The notes under the pieces were generated by a model. The model saw only the letters and a list, made by a program, of their open reading frames with translations, ran no database searches and was not told where the DNA came from. Below, piece by piece: positions 41,823 to 51,054 of a stretch of DNA of 64,000 nucleotides. Origin of the DNA: Desulfovibrio sp. (GTDB taxonomy: Bacteria > Desulfobacterota > Desulfovibrionia > Desulfovibrionales > Desulfovibrionaceae); the NCBI GenBank assembly GCA_016284885.1, contig JAEEPQ010000001.1, positions 1,570 through 65,569 of the forward strand. The letters are read 5' to 3'. Made by a program: the position numbers and the translations under genes. Numbering within the stretch: the first letter of the stretch is position 1; the number at the start of each line of letters is the position of its first letter.

Positions 41823-41949
41823 TGCCAAGCTCCTCCAGCAGGGAGATCTTCTTGGACAGGGCGCGCTGGCGCGCGGCGAGGAAGACGGCGTAGAGGCCTA
41901 TGCCGGCCCAGACGGCCATGCCGGCGTACATTATCCAGGATTCTGTCAT
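41806..41949 (-). CDS. ccmD: Heme exporter protein D (47 aa; below the ORF-track size cutoff)
   Basis: MTESWIMYAGMAVWAGIGLYAVFLAARQRALSKKISLLEELGNDKTL. One TM helix then a basic stretch. Its ATG overlaps the ccmC stop (ATGA). Confidence 0.6.
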   Translation of the reverse strand: MTESWIMYAGMAVWAGIGLYAVFLAARQRALSKKISLLEELGNDKTL

Positions 41950-42644
41950 TGCTTTTCTCCGCGCTCTTCCAGCCGGAAGAGCAGCCTGTCGATGTGGAGG
42001 GCCTGGTCAAGCTGGGTCTTCCTGAAGAGCAGGAGCCCCAGCCAGAAGACGCCCATGGCCAGCGTGCAGAAGATGGCCGCAAGCTTCATCTCGGGTTCGA
42101 GTCCGCCGGATTCGCTGGCGAAGACAGCCGGATGGATGGACCGCCACATGCGCGCCGAAAGGAAGACCAGGGGCACGTCCAGAAAGGCGACGATGCCCAC
42201 TGTGGAGCGCACGAGGCGCCTGCGCTCGGGCGAGGTGCCGAGGGATTCCAGAATGAGGTAGGCAACGTAGACGAACCACATGACGAGCGCAGTGGAAAGC
42301 CTGGGATCCCAGGTCCACCACACGCCCCAGGCCCTTCTGCCCCAGATCATGCCCGTCGCGAGGCAGAGCGTCGTGAACAGGACGCCTATCTCGGCCGCCG
42401 CCCGCGCCGTTCTGTCGTAGGCCGGATCCTTCTTCGCCAGGCAGGCTATGGAGCAGACGAAGACCACGAAGAAGCTGACAAGCCCCCACCAGGCCAGCGG
42501 AAGGTGGATGTAGAATATCTTCTGTATGGGTCCCATGACCTCTTCGACAGGCGCATATGCGAAGACGAGCCACTGCGAGGCCGCCAGAAGGCCTGCGCCG
42601 GCGGCAAGGAGCGCGGGCGTCCAGGGAAAGCGGGAGACGCGCAT
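41946..42644 (-). CDS. ccmC: Heme exporter protein C
   Basis: WGVWWTWDPRL (WWD motif). Start trimmed to MRVSRFPW, which overlaps the ccmB stop. Confidence 0.9.
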   Translation of the reverse strand: MRVSRFPWTPALLAAGAGLLAASQWLVFAYAPVEEVMGPIQKIFYIHLPLAWWGLVSFFVVFVCSIACLAKKDPAYDRTARAAAEIGVLFTTLCLATGMIWGRRAWGVWWTWDPRLSTALVMWFVYVAYLILESLGTSPERRRLVRSTVGIVAFLDVPLVFLSARMWRSIHPAVFASESGGLEPEMKLAAIFCTLAMGVFWLGLLLFRKTQLDQALHIDRLLFRLEERGEKQ

Positions 42645-43321
42645 TACTCTTCTCCAGTGTAGATGAAGCGGAAGAGCAGGAGGCCTGCTCCAAGGAAGAT
42701 GGCGTCGAAGGCGCCGGCAAAGCCGAGCCACGAGGCGACGCCGTCAGGCGCGGCGTCGCCGAAGACGGCCGCAAAGACCGAGATGGCAGACAGCAGGAGC
42801 GGCACCAGCAGGGGGAAGACGAGGAGGCTCAGGAGCGACTCCCTGGCCGCCTGCCCCTGGGCCAGCGCGCCGAGCAGGGAGCCCAGCGCGGCAAGGCCTG
42901 TGTCTGCCAGGACGAGCATGGCGAGGCCTTCGGCAAGGCAGTGCGAGGGCTCCTGGGCGAGGAAGACGGCCGTGGCCGGAAGAAAGACGAGCTGGCTCAG
43001 GAAGACGAGGACAAAGCCGGCCATGGCCTTGCCGAGCCAGACGGCCGCCGTGGGCGCCGGCGCCAGCAGAAGGCCGAGGCGCTGCCCTGCCGTCTCCTCG
43101 TAGGCGTAGACGGCGTTGAAGACGAGGACCTGGCAGAAGGAGGAGGCCAGCCAGAAGATGGTGGCGGCCGTCTGCGCAGAGACGCGCTCGCCCGCCTTCT
43201 GCGAAAGGGAGAACATGAAGACGAGCAGAAGCCCCAGCAGCAGGGCCTGGACGAGGCCGGCGCTGCGGAAGAGCGTGAGCCGCACGTCCTTCAGCGCCAT
43301 GGCAAGCGCAAGGCGCATCAT
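42644..43321 (-). CDS. ccmB: Heme exporter permease CcmB
   Basis: Six-helix ABC permease sitting between ccmA and ccmC with overlapping stops and starts. Confidence 0.85.
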   Translation of the reverse strand: MMRLALAMALKDVRLTLFRSAGLVQALLLGLLLVFMFSLSQKAGERVSAQTAATIFWLASSFCQVLVFNAVYAYEETAGQRLGLLLAPAPTAAVWLGKAMAGFVLVFLSQLVFLPATAVFLAQEPSHCLAEGLAMLVLADTGLAALGSLLGALAQGQAARESLLSLLVFPLLVPLLLSAISVFAAVFGDAAPDGVASWLGFAGAFDAIFLGAGLLLFRFIYTGEE

Positions 43322-43938
43322 GATCCTGCCTCCTCCAGTTCGAGACGCCGGTCCCTAATGCGCCAGACGCAGTCGGCAAGGGCGCGGGCGCGCTCCAGGT
43401 TGTGGCTGACGCACACTATGGTTGCGCCGCGCTTTCTGGCCTTGAGAATCTCTTCCTCGAGCATGGCCTGCGAGGCCTGGTCGAGGCCCGTGCCCGGCTC
43501 GTCGAGCAGGAGCACGTCGGGGCGCTGGAGCAGGACGCGGGCAAGGCTCAGGCGCTGGGCCATGCCCCGGGAAAAGACGCCGGCCCGCTCGTGGGCGTGC
43601 CGGGCGAGGTTCACGTGCTCCAGCATGCCGAGCAGCGTGGACTCGTCTGCGGGAAGGCCGTGGGCCTTCTGCCAGAAGGCAAGGTTCTCGAGGGCGGTCA
43701 GGGCCGGATAGAGAAAGGTCTGGTGGCCGAGGAAGCCGATGGAGGGATCCTCGGGCGCAAAGGAAATGTGCCCTGAGCTTGGCTGGGACAGGCCGGCAAT
43801 GATGCGCAGGAGCGTGGACTTGCCGGCGCCGTTTTCGCCTGTAAGGAGCGAAACGGTCCCTTCGTTGAACTCGGCCGTGCAGTCGCGCAGGATCAGGCGC
43901 GCGCCGAAGGTCTTGGCAACGTGCATGAGCGCAATCAT
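43318..43938 (-). CDS. ccmA: Heme exporter ATPase CcmA
   Basis: GENGAGKSTLLRI (Walker A), FSRGMAQRLSLAR (signature-like), LLLDEPGTGLD (Walker B). Only the last 206 codons of track ORF 43318-45405 are used. Confidence 0.9.
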   Translation of the reverse strand: MIALMHVAKTFGARLILRDCTAEFNEGTVSLLTGENGAGKSTLLRIIAGLSQPSSGHISFAPEDPSIGFLGHQTFLYPALTALENLAFWQKAHGLPADESTLLGMLEHVNLARHAHERAGVFSRGMAQRLSLARVLLQRPDVLLLDEPGTGLDQASQAMLEEEILKARKRGATIVCVSHNLERARALADCVWRIRDRRLELEEAGS

Positions 43939-45833
43939 TGCGCTTCCGCCTTGGTCTTTCGCCGGCGCAGGGCAAGCAGGGGCATGAGGGACATGAGGGT
44001 TCCGCCTATCCACAGCCAGTTGACCAGCGGCTCGACGCTGACCTTGGCCACGGCACGCCCCCGGCCGTCCATCCCGGAAAGGGAGGCGTAGAGCTCCTCG
44101 CCGAGGCTGGGGAGGACGTCGACTTCGGTGAAGAACATGCCGCCGAACTTGTCGTAGGCGCGCTTTTCGGGCCTGAGGATGCCGACGGCGCGACCGTCCT
44201 TCATCACCTCGATTTCGGCCAGCAGGAATTCGTAGCCCGGCTGCCGGCCCTGCTGGAGATCTTTCAGGACGAGCTCGTAGCCGCCGAGTGTCTGGGGCTC
44301 GCCCTGAACGAAGGAAAGATCGGCCTCGTTCTTGTAGGGGCCGGAGAAGGCGACGCCGAGGACGAAGAGGGCGAGGCCCAGATGGCAGCCGAGGGCGCCC
44401 AGGCTGAAGTCCGAGGAAGGCCGGCCGAGCAGCTTGAGGAGCATGAAGAGCGCAAGGCCGCCAATGGCGGCCGAGGCCGCGAAGGTCGCCGCCAGGGGGT
44501 GGGGCCGGGCGTAGCCGAGGAAGGCGCAGAGCCCTGCCGCAAGAGCGGCCAGAAGCAGGACGGGAAGGCCCCTTCTGGCATCGAAGGCGCCCTTCCAGGA
44601 GAGGAGGGGGCACAGGGCCAGCGCCAGGGCGACGAGCGTTCCCAGAGGGAGGCAGACCCTGTTGTAGAACTTGGCGTCCAGCCCCTGCGGGGCCTGGGTC
44701 CAGAGCCGGCTGACGACGGGCCACATGGTGGCGAGCAGAATGATGGCCGCCAGCGCCAGCAGGGTGCAGACGGTGAGCACGAGCAGCCCTTCGCGGCTGG
44801 CCGGATTCGTCAGGGCTCGTCCGCGGCGGGGCGACTGGAAGGCAATCCCGGCGGAGAGCAGGAGCATGGCGCAGATGAAGACGAGCAGGGGCGCGCCGAC
44901 GGGGCTCTGCCCGAAGGCGTGGACGGAGTCGATGACGCCGCTGCGCACCAGATAGGTGGCGAAGAAGCCGGCAATGGTCGTCAGGCTGATGAGAAAGACG
45001 TTGGTGCGGGCCAGAAGTCCTCTCCGGCGCTCCATGGCCAGGGTGTGGAAGGTGGCCGTGGCGACGAGCCAGGGGATGAGGGAGGCGTTCTCGACGGGAT
45101 CCCATCCCCAGTAGCCGCCCCAGCCAAGCTCCATGTAGGCCCACCAGCAGCCAAGCAGGATGCCGGCCGTGAGGAAGGTCCAGGCCGTGAGGCAGAAGGT
45201 ACGGGAAGCCCGGTGCCAGGGCTTTTCGAGGGCGCCCTGCGACGAGCAGGCTATGGCCAGCGCAAGGCAGGAGGGGACGGTGAAGCCGCCGTAGCCGAGG
45301 AAGAGCAGAGGCGGATGGATGATCATGCCGGGGTTCTGCAGGAGGGGGTTGAGTCCCCTGCCGTCGGCAGGCGCCGGCAGGGTCATGGCGAAGGGATTGC
45401 TCCACACCGTGAGGATGAGGGCAAAGAAAGCCATGACAATGTGGAAGAAGGCCCAGAACCAGAGCCTCGTCTCGGGCTGCAGCTCCCGGCAGCTCCGCGT
45501 GCAGGCAAAGATGGTGCCCATGGCCGACACGGCGAGGGCCCAGAAGAGCATGGAGCCCGGCTGCCCCGCCCAGAAAGCCGTCAGCCGGTAGAAGACGTCC
45601 AGAATGTTGTCCGTGTAGCTGGCCACGTAGTCGAGCCGGTAGTCCTTCCAGAAAAGGGCGTGCAGCAGGAGGGCCGAGGCCAGGAGCAGGCAGGCGGTGA
45701 CGGCCCAGTGTCCCTTTTCGGCAAGGGAGGCGCCCTGGATCTGGCGCTGGCGTATCTGGACGATCGCCAGGCCCGCGCAGGCAAGGGAGCAGAACTGTGC
45801 GACGAGGAGCAGGGCGTAGGCGAAGAAGTACAT
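43935..45833 (-). CDS. ccmF: Cytochrome c heme lyase subunit CcmF
   Basis: Polytopic membrane protein with WGGYWGWDPVEN (WWD motif). Start trimmed to MYFFAYALLL to avoid overlapping ccmE. Confidence 0.9.
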   Translation of the reverse strand: MYFFAYALLLVAQFCSLACAGLAIVQIRQRQIQGASLAEKGHWAVTACLLLASALLLHALFWKDYRLDYVASYTDNILDVFYRLTAFWAGQPGSMLFWALAVSAMGTIFACTRSCRELQPETRLWFWAFFHIVMAFFALILTVWSNPFAMTLPAPADGRGLNPLLQNPGMIIHPPLLFLGYGGFTVPSCLALAIACSSQGALEKPWHRASRTFCLTAWTFLTAGILLGCWWAYMELGWGGYWGWDPVENASLIPWLVATATFHTLAMERRRGLLARTNVFLISLTTIAGFFATYLVRSGVIDSVHAFGQSPVGAPLLVFICAMLLLSAGIAFQSPRRGRALTNPASREGLLVLTVCTLLALAAIILLATMWPVVSRLWTQAPQGLDAKFYNRVCLPLGTLVALALALCPLLSWKGAFDARRGLPVLLLAALAAGLCAFLGYARPHPLAATFAASAAIGGLALFMLLKLLGRPSSDFSLGALGCHLGLALFVLGVAFSGPYKNEADLSFVQGEPQTLGGYELVLKDLQQGRQPGYEFLLAEIEVMKDGRAVGILRPEKRAYDKFGGMFFTEVDVLPSLGEELYASLSGMDGRGRAVAKVSVEPLVNWLWIGGTLMSLMPLLALRRRKTKAEAQ

Positions 45834-45871
45834 GGCGCGTCCTTGAAAAGCCGTGGGGAAGGCCTGCGAAA

Positions 45872-46288
45872 CTAGAGCTTCTGGCGGTTCTGCTTCTGGT
45901 ACTTGGAGGGGCACTTGGTCATCAGCGTCTTGGCGCTGAAGGATCCGTCCTTTTCCATGCCGCCCTCGACGATGACCTCGGCGCCTTCTTTGAAGGTGTC
46001 GGGCACTGTGCCGCGGTAGCTCACCGCAACGGTGACGGCCTTGTCGTCCTTGTCCTCAAGCAGGAAGCGCAGGTCGCCTGCGCCGTCGGGGCGGGCAAGC
46101 CCGTGGGGGGCAACGGTGCCGAAGAGCCTGGCGCTGGCCAGCTTGGCGGGATCCTGGGCCTTGGCCTCGGCGACGTTGAGGAAGTAGACGCTGTTTTCGG
46201 AAAGGCCCGAAAACAGGAGCCAGGCGAGGCCTCCGGCAAAGAGGAGGGCCGCCGCGAGGTAGATGGAGGTGTTTTTTTTCTGCGCCAT
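45872..46288 (-). CDS. ccmE: Heme chaperone CcmE, Cys-variant (CxxxY)
   Basis: N-terminal anchor, OB-fold region LFGTV...FLLED, C-terminal TKCPSKY in place of the usual HxxxY heme-binding motif. Confidence 0.9.
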   Translation of the reverse strand: MAQKKNTSIYLAAALLFAGGLAWLLFSGLSENSVYFLNVAEAKAQDPAKLASARLFGTVAPHGLARPDGAGDLRFLLEDKDDKAVTVAVSYRGTVPDTFKEGAEVIVEGGMEKDGSFSAKTLMTKCPSKYQKQNRQKL

Positions 46289-46557
46289 GGGGAGACTCGC
46301 TTGGGTTGGAAGGAATGTGCGCAGGGCTAAGCCTATGGATAGTACGCGCCTTGCGTCTGCATGACAAGATAGGAATGATTCTTGATATGATAGATGGGCT
46401 GGTTTGTCCACCCTCCCGGAAGACGGAAGCTCGCTGAATGCATTTTTTTGTATTTGCAGGGAAAAGAAAGGACAAGCTCCTTCAATTGAGAGAAACTGAT
46501 TGAGTTTTTCTTTACAGGTGAGTGACTTCGACTCTACTCTTTTTTTCACAAGCTCAA

Positions 46558-46573
46558 TGTGACATATTTCACA
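46558..46573. promoter_or_regulatory. TGTGA-N6-TCACA palindrome (candidate CRP/FNR-family or Rex operator)
   Basis: aTGTGACATATTTCACAa in the AT-rich ccmE/dhcA intergenic region, ~125 nt upstream of the dhcA start. An additional TCACA half-site lies 7 nt upstream. Confidence 0.5.
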
Positions 46574-46698
46574 ATAACAAAAAAACTCCGAGTCGCAAAA
46601 ATATAGGTAGCTGACGCAGATTTTTCTTCCTAAAGGCCCCAAGTTTATGCTAAGCGTCAAAGAAGGATGTATCGTTGTGCCGAAAAACGAAGCACAGC

Positions 46699-47511
46699 AT
46701 GACGAGGAGGGTTTTCGTGTTGAACAAACGGTTTTTGCCCGCGACTATCGCTGCCTGCCTGCTGGGCGCTGTCGGCGTCCTTGGCTACCTCGTGCCGGAC
46801 GATGCCGCCGGCGTCCCGCAGAGGGTGGCTCTGCCGAACAGCGGCGGGGCCGTCGTCTTCGAGCACGCTAGGCACGAGCAGCTGGGGCTGAAGTGCGCGC
46901 AGTGCCACCACGTCCCGGTGGATCCTGCGAAAGAGACGGCGTCCTGCGACGACTGCCACGGCAAGAAGTTCGACGAGGCTTTCGTCAAGGACCATCCCCA
47001 GCGCTATGCCAAGGAGCTCTGCGTCTCCTGTCACCACTACGAGCCTGGCAAGCACGACTGGGGCCACAAGGTCCACAAGGACGACATGGGGTTGGAGTGC
47101 ACCTCCTGCCACCACAAGGACACGTCCATAGAGGATGCGCCCCAGAACTGCAGCGGATGCCATGAAGAGGGCAAGGCGCCGTCGAAGGAGAAGCCCGAGG
47201 CCGGCACGCCGCCGAGCCTTGCCGACGCCGTGCACGCCCGCTGCGCCGGCTGCCACAAGGAGTGGTTCGGCGGGAACAGGGCGCGCTCCTGCGCCAAGTG
47301 CCACAGCGTCAAGGCGCCCGAGGGCGGTCCGGCTCCCCGGCTGCACAAGAACATGGAGACCATGAAGTGCGCCGGCTGCCATGACAGGGAGCCCGCCAAG
47401 CTCGTTCCCGGCAGGATGGAAGCGAACCACAAGCTGTGCATGGACTGCCACGACGGCGGGAAGAAGGGCCCCGGCAAGAAGGCCCCCTGCACGCAGTGCC
47501 ATCTCAAGTAG
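46699..47511 (+). CDS. dhcA: Periplasmic decaheme cytochrome c
   Basis: Ten CxxCH motifs (CAQCH, CDDCH, CVSCH, CTSCH, CSGCH, CAGCH, CAKCH, CAGCH, CMDCH, CTQCH) and an N-terminal hydrophobic signal. Alternative start GTG 46717, 6 nt after AGGAGG. Confidence 0.85.
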   Translation: MTRRVFVLNKRFLPATIAACLLGAVGVLGYLVPDDAAGVPQRVALPNSGGAVVFEHARHEQLGLKCAQCHHVPVDPAKETASCDDCHGKKFDEAFVKDHPQRYAKELCVSCHHYEPGKHDWGHKVHKDDMGLECTSCHHKDTSIEDAPQNCSGCHEEGKAPSKEKPEAGTPPSLADAVHARCAGCHKEWFGGNRARSCAKCHSVKAPEGGPAPRLHKNMETMKCAGCHDREPAKLVPGRMEANHKLCMDCHDGGKKGPGKKAPCTQCHLK

Positions 47512-47568
47512 CCAACCAGCAGGGCTCCGGAAGGATCGCCTTTCCCGGGGCCGCATAGGGACGAATAC

Positions 47569-48810
47569 ATGAAAGAACACTTTACAATGCTGACAGACCC
47601 GCGGTTCTGCCTCTCCAACGGCGTTACGCAGCGCTTCGGCATGGGGCCCATGCCGAAGACGGTGCGTCTGAACCGCGAGGGCTTCGCCGTGGATGCCGCG
47701 GTCAAGAAGAAGACCTTGGTCTATCCCTACATGCACCTGGCAACGCATCCGGCGCCGGGCAAGGGCGATCTTTTCTCGCCCATCTACGGCACGGTGACCG
47801 ACATCACGGAGCGCAGCGTCTTCGTGGACGCCGTGGAGCCCGACGAGGAGCTGAAGAAGCTCGGCGAGTCCGTTGAAAAGATCGACCTGCTCGCCCGCGA
47901 GGAGCGCGGCGAGGATCTCGTGCCTGTGCTCAAGGGGCTTGGCGTCAATACCAAGTCGCTGGGGCAGAAGTGCGAAACCCTCATCGTCAACTGCCTCAAC
48001 CCCGACCCCGGCGTCACCTGGGCCGAGCCCATGCTGCTCAGCCACACCAAGACCTTCGCCCTCGGCATGGAGATGCTGCGCCGCCTCTCCCCCGCCAAGC
48101 GCATCGTTCTGGCCATCCCCAGCAACATGAAGTTCCGGCACCGCGACGTCGACATCGCGCGCGTGCCCTACCACTACCCCGCCAGCGTCAACGCCCTGGT
48201 CATCAAAAGCGTCACCGGCAGAGAAAAGCCCGAGGGCGTGGGCATCGTCGGCATCCACAACGTCTGGAGCCTCGGTCGCGTCGCCCTGACGGGCTACCCC
48301 CTGGTGGAGACGGTCATCACCATCGGCTCCCTTATCCACAGCGGCAACTACATCGTCCGCGACGGCTCCACCATCGGCGAGCTGATCGACTTTGCCAACA
48401 TCGAACTGCAGCCAGGCGACACCGTCGTCCGCGGCGGCCCCCTGCGCGGCGAGAGCCTCGACAAGATGGACCGCAGCATCACCAAGGGCGCCTCGGGCCT
48501 CTTCATCGTGGAAAGCGGAACCATTCCGCCCATGGAGGGGCACAGCCCCTGCGTGGCCTGCGGCTCCTGTTCCGCCATCTGCCCCGCTCGTCTGCGGCCC
48601 GACATGCTGAGCCGCTACGCCGAGTTCGGTCTCCACGACCGCTGCTACGACGAGTACATCACGAGCTGCCTCGAGTGCGGCCTGTGCGGCTACGTCTGCA
48701 TCGCCCGCAGGCCGGTGCTCCAGTACATCAGGCTGGCCAAGGAAAAGCTCGGCCTCAAGCTCTTGAAGACGGCCGGCGTCTACGCCGAACGCGTCAAGCA
48801 GGGAGAGTAA
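47569..48810 (+). CDS. rnfC: Rnf complex subunit C
   Basis: Two ferredoxin-type clusters (CVACGSCSAICP, CLECGLCGYVC). First gene of the rnfCDGEAB order. Confidence 0.85.
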   Translation: MKEHFTMLTDPRFCLSNGVTQRFGMGPMPKTVRLNREGFAVDAAVKKKTLVYPYMHLATHPAPGKGDLFSPIYGTVTDITERSVFVDAVEPDEELKKLGESVEKIDLLAREERGEDLVPVLKGLGVNTKSLGQKCETLIVNCLNPDPGVTWAEPMLLSHTKTFALGMEMLRRLSPAKRIVLAIPSNMKFRHRDVDIARVPYHYPASVNALVIKSVTGREKPEGVGIVGIHNVWSLGRVALTGYPLVETVITIGSLIHSGNYIVRDGSTIGELIDFANIELQPGDTVVRGGPLRGESLDKMDRSITKGASGLFIVESGTIPPMEGHSPCVACGSCSAICPARLRPDMLSRYAEFGLHDRCYDEYITSCLECGLCGYVCIARRPVLQYIRLAKEKLGLKLLKTAGVYAERVKQGE

Positions 48811-48811
48811 A

Positions 48812-49765
48812 ATGAAAGACGCTACACCAACTCTGCTTCTGAGCATGAGCGCCCCGCCGTACTGGCACTGCGGACGCACCGTGTTCAAAAGAAGCATCGA
48901 TCAGCTTATCGCCCTGCTCCCCGCGGCCGCCATGGCCGTCGTGAACTGGGGCCTGCCCGCCCTCAGGGTCATGTGCCTTGCCATGGCCGTCTGCGTGGCC
49001 GTGGAGGCCATCTGCTGCTGGGCCATGGACCGCAAGTCGACCATAGACGACTTCACAGCCGTCGTGGCCGGCCTGCTCTACGCCTTCATGCTGCCTGCCG
49101 GCGCTCCCTGGTGGATCGTGGTCATCGGCGCCGTCAGCGCCATGCTCTTTGGCAAGATGCTCTTCGGCGGCCACGGCAACAACCCCCTCTGCACCCCGCT
49201 CATCGGCTGGGCCGTGCTCTTCATCTCCTTCCCGGTCCACATGGATCCCAACATCGTGCAGACGGCGACCTCGTTCATCGACCCGCTGGCGCGGCTCAAG
49301 TACTTCGGCGTGGCCGAGGCCAACGCCATACCCGTCCTCGACCTCCTGCTGGGACACCAGATCAACGCCCTCGGCGCCGGCCAGGTCGGCGCGCTCCTGC
49401 TCGGCGGCATCTACCTGCTCGTCAGGGGCCAGATACGCTGGCAGATCGTCATCGGCGTGCTCATCGGCGCAGGCTTCCCTTTCGCCTACCTGCAGATGAC
49501 GGATCCTGCCGCCAACGCCAGTGCGGTCTTCCACATGTGCTCCGGCTCCATCCTGCTCTGCGCCTTCTTCATGGCTACCGAACCCTGCACCGCGCCTGCG
49601 GTCTCCGCGGGCATGCTGTGCTACGGCCTTACCTGCGGACTGATGATGTTCGTCATCCGCCATTTTGGAAGCTACAGCGACGGCGCCCCCTTCGCCGTCC
49701 TGGTAACCAGTCTACTTTCGCCGTATTTCGACATGATTCGGCCCAAGCCTTTCGGAGTGAAGTGA
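48812..49765 (+). CDS. rnfD: Rnf complex subunit D
   Basis: Polytopic NqrB/RnfD-like protein. FMN-attachment region FFMATEPCTAP. Confidence 0.9.
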   Translation: MKDATPTLLLSMSAPPYWHCGRTVFKRSIDQLIALLPAAAMAVVNWGLPALRVMCLAMAVCVAVEAICCWAMDRKSTIDDFTAVVAGLLYAFMLPAGAPWWIVVIGAVSAMLFGKMLFGGHGNNPLCTPLIGWAVLFISFPVHMDPNIVQTATSFIDPLARLKYFGVAEANAIPVLDLLLGHQINALGAGQVGALLLGGIYLLVRGQIRWQIVIGVLIGAGFPFAYLQMTDPAANASAVFHMCSGSILLCAFFMATEPCTAPAVSAGMLCYGLTCGLMMFVIRHFGSYSDGAPFAVLVTSLLSPYFDMIRPKPFGVK

Positions 49766-49766
49766 C

Positions 49767-50348
49767 ATGGCCGGCATACTTAAAATGATTGTGGTGCTCA
49801 CGGCACTGTGCGGATTGTCCGGCTTCGTCCTTTCCTACCTGAAGACCGTGACGGCCCCCGCCATCGAGGAGCAGGTGCTGCGCAACGTGCAGGGCCCGGC
49901 CCTCGCCTCGGTCTTCGCCAAGGGCGAGAACAACCCCATTGCGGACCGCCACGTCTTCAAGCTTGAAGACGGCAGGGAGGTCACGGCCTTTCCTAGCAAG
50001 CAGGGCGGCAAGCTCGTCGGCGTCGCCCTCGAGGAACACGGCGCCGGCTACGGCGGCCCCATCGGCGTCCTCGTCGGCTTCAACGTTGCCAACGACACCC
50101 TCGCCGGCATCGGCACGACCCAGCTCTCCGAGACGCCCGGCCTCGGCATGCGCGTGAAGGAGCCTTCCTTCCGCGAGCAGTTCGCCGGCGCCAAGCTTCC
50201 CGTGAAGCTCTCGGCCCAGGGCGGCTCCATCGACGGCATCTCGGGCGCCACCATTTCGTCCAAGGGCGTCATCGAGGCCGTGGAGAAGGCCGATGCCCTC
50301 TACAAGAAGCTCAAGCCGGAGCTCGTCCAGTTCTGGGGAGGTAAGTAA
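49767..50348 (+). CDS. rnfG: Rnf complex subunit G
   Basis: N-terminal anchor and FMN-binding motif DGISGATISS. Confidence 0.9.
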   Translation: MAGILKMIVVLTALCGLSGFVLSYLKTVTAPAIEEQVLRNVQGPALASVFAKGENNPIADRHVFKLEDGREVTAFPSKQGGKLVGVALEEHGAGYGGPIGVLVGFNVANDTLAGIGTTQLSETPGLGMRVKEPSFREQFAGAKLPVKLSAQGGSIDGISGATISSKGVIEAVEKADALYKKLKPELVQFWGGK

Positions 50349-50349
50349 C

Positions 50350-51051
50350 ATGACCTTAATGCAGGAATTCACCAAGGGCCTGTGGAAGGAAATGCCCCCC
50401 TTCCGCCTTGTCCTTGGCCTCTGTCCCACGCTGGCCGTCACCACCTCCGCTGAAAACGGCATCGGCATGGGAGTGGCCGTCGTCTTCGTGCTCACCCTGT
50501 CCAACATTCTGGTCTCCATGATGCGGCACATCATTCCCAAAGCCGTGCGCATCGCCTGCTTCATCGTCATTGCGGCCTCGCTCGTCGTCTCCCTCGAGCT
50601 GCTCATGCAGGCCTACGTCTACTCCCTCTACGAGAAGCTCGGCATCTTCGTTCCGCTTATCGTCGTCAACTGCATCATCCTCGGCCGCGCCGAGGCCTTT
50701 GCGGCCAAGAACGGCGTGGCGGCCTCCATCGCCGACGGCCTCGGCATCGGCCTCGGCTTCACCATGGCGCTGACCTTCCTCGGATCCCTGCGGGAAATCC
50801 TCGGCAACGGCACCTGGTTCGGCATGAACCTCTTCGGCGATGCCTTCGAGCCCTTCCAGATCATGGTCAAGGCGCCGGGCGCTTTCATCTGCCTCGGCCT
50901 CATCCTTGCCGGCATGAACTGCATCAACCGCTGGCAGGCCCACCGCACCGGCACCGAGCCGGTGAGCATCGGCTGTCAGGCCTGCGGCGCCAGCTGCAAG
51001 TCCTGCCAGCTGCAGATGGCCATGCCCGAAGATGCCAAGAAGGGAGTGTAA
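50350..51051 (+). CDS. rnfE: Rnf complex subunit E
   Basis: NqrD/RnfE-like (LVLGLCPTLAVT, VNCIILGRAEAFA). Start trimmed to MTLMQEF. Confidence 0.9.
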   Translation: MTLMQEFTKGLWKEMPPFRLVLGLCPTLAVTTSAENGIGMGVAVVFVLTLSNILVSMMRHIIPKAVRIACFIVIAASLVVSLELLMQAYVYSLYEKLGIFVPLIVVNCIILGRAEAFAAKNGVAASIADGLGIGLGFTMALTFLGSLREILGNGTWFGMNLFGDAFEPFQIMVKAPGAFICLGLILAGMNCINRWQAHRTGTEPVSIGCQACGASCKSCQLQMAMPEDAKKGV

Positions 51052-51054
51052 GCA

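Noticed and set aside
43939-45405. Upstream 489 codons of the 695-aa track ORF
   Set aside because: An out-of-frame overlap of ccmF with Arg/Pro-rich nonsense composition. Only the CcmA part (43318-43938) is credible.
46289-46660. N-terminal extension of the ccmE ORF (track 45872-46660)
   Set aside because: Runs through the AT-rich promoter region. The CcmE membrane anchor starts at MAQKKNTSIYL (46288).
46657-48897. 746-aa ORF on the - strand
   Set aside because: Antisense to dhcA (ten CxxCH motifs) and rnfC. A shadow ORF.
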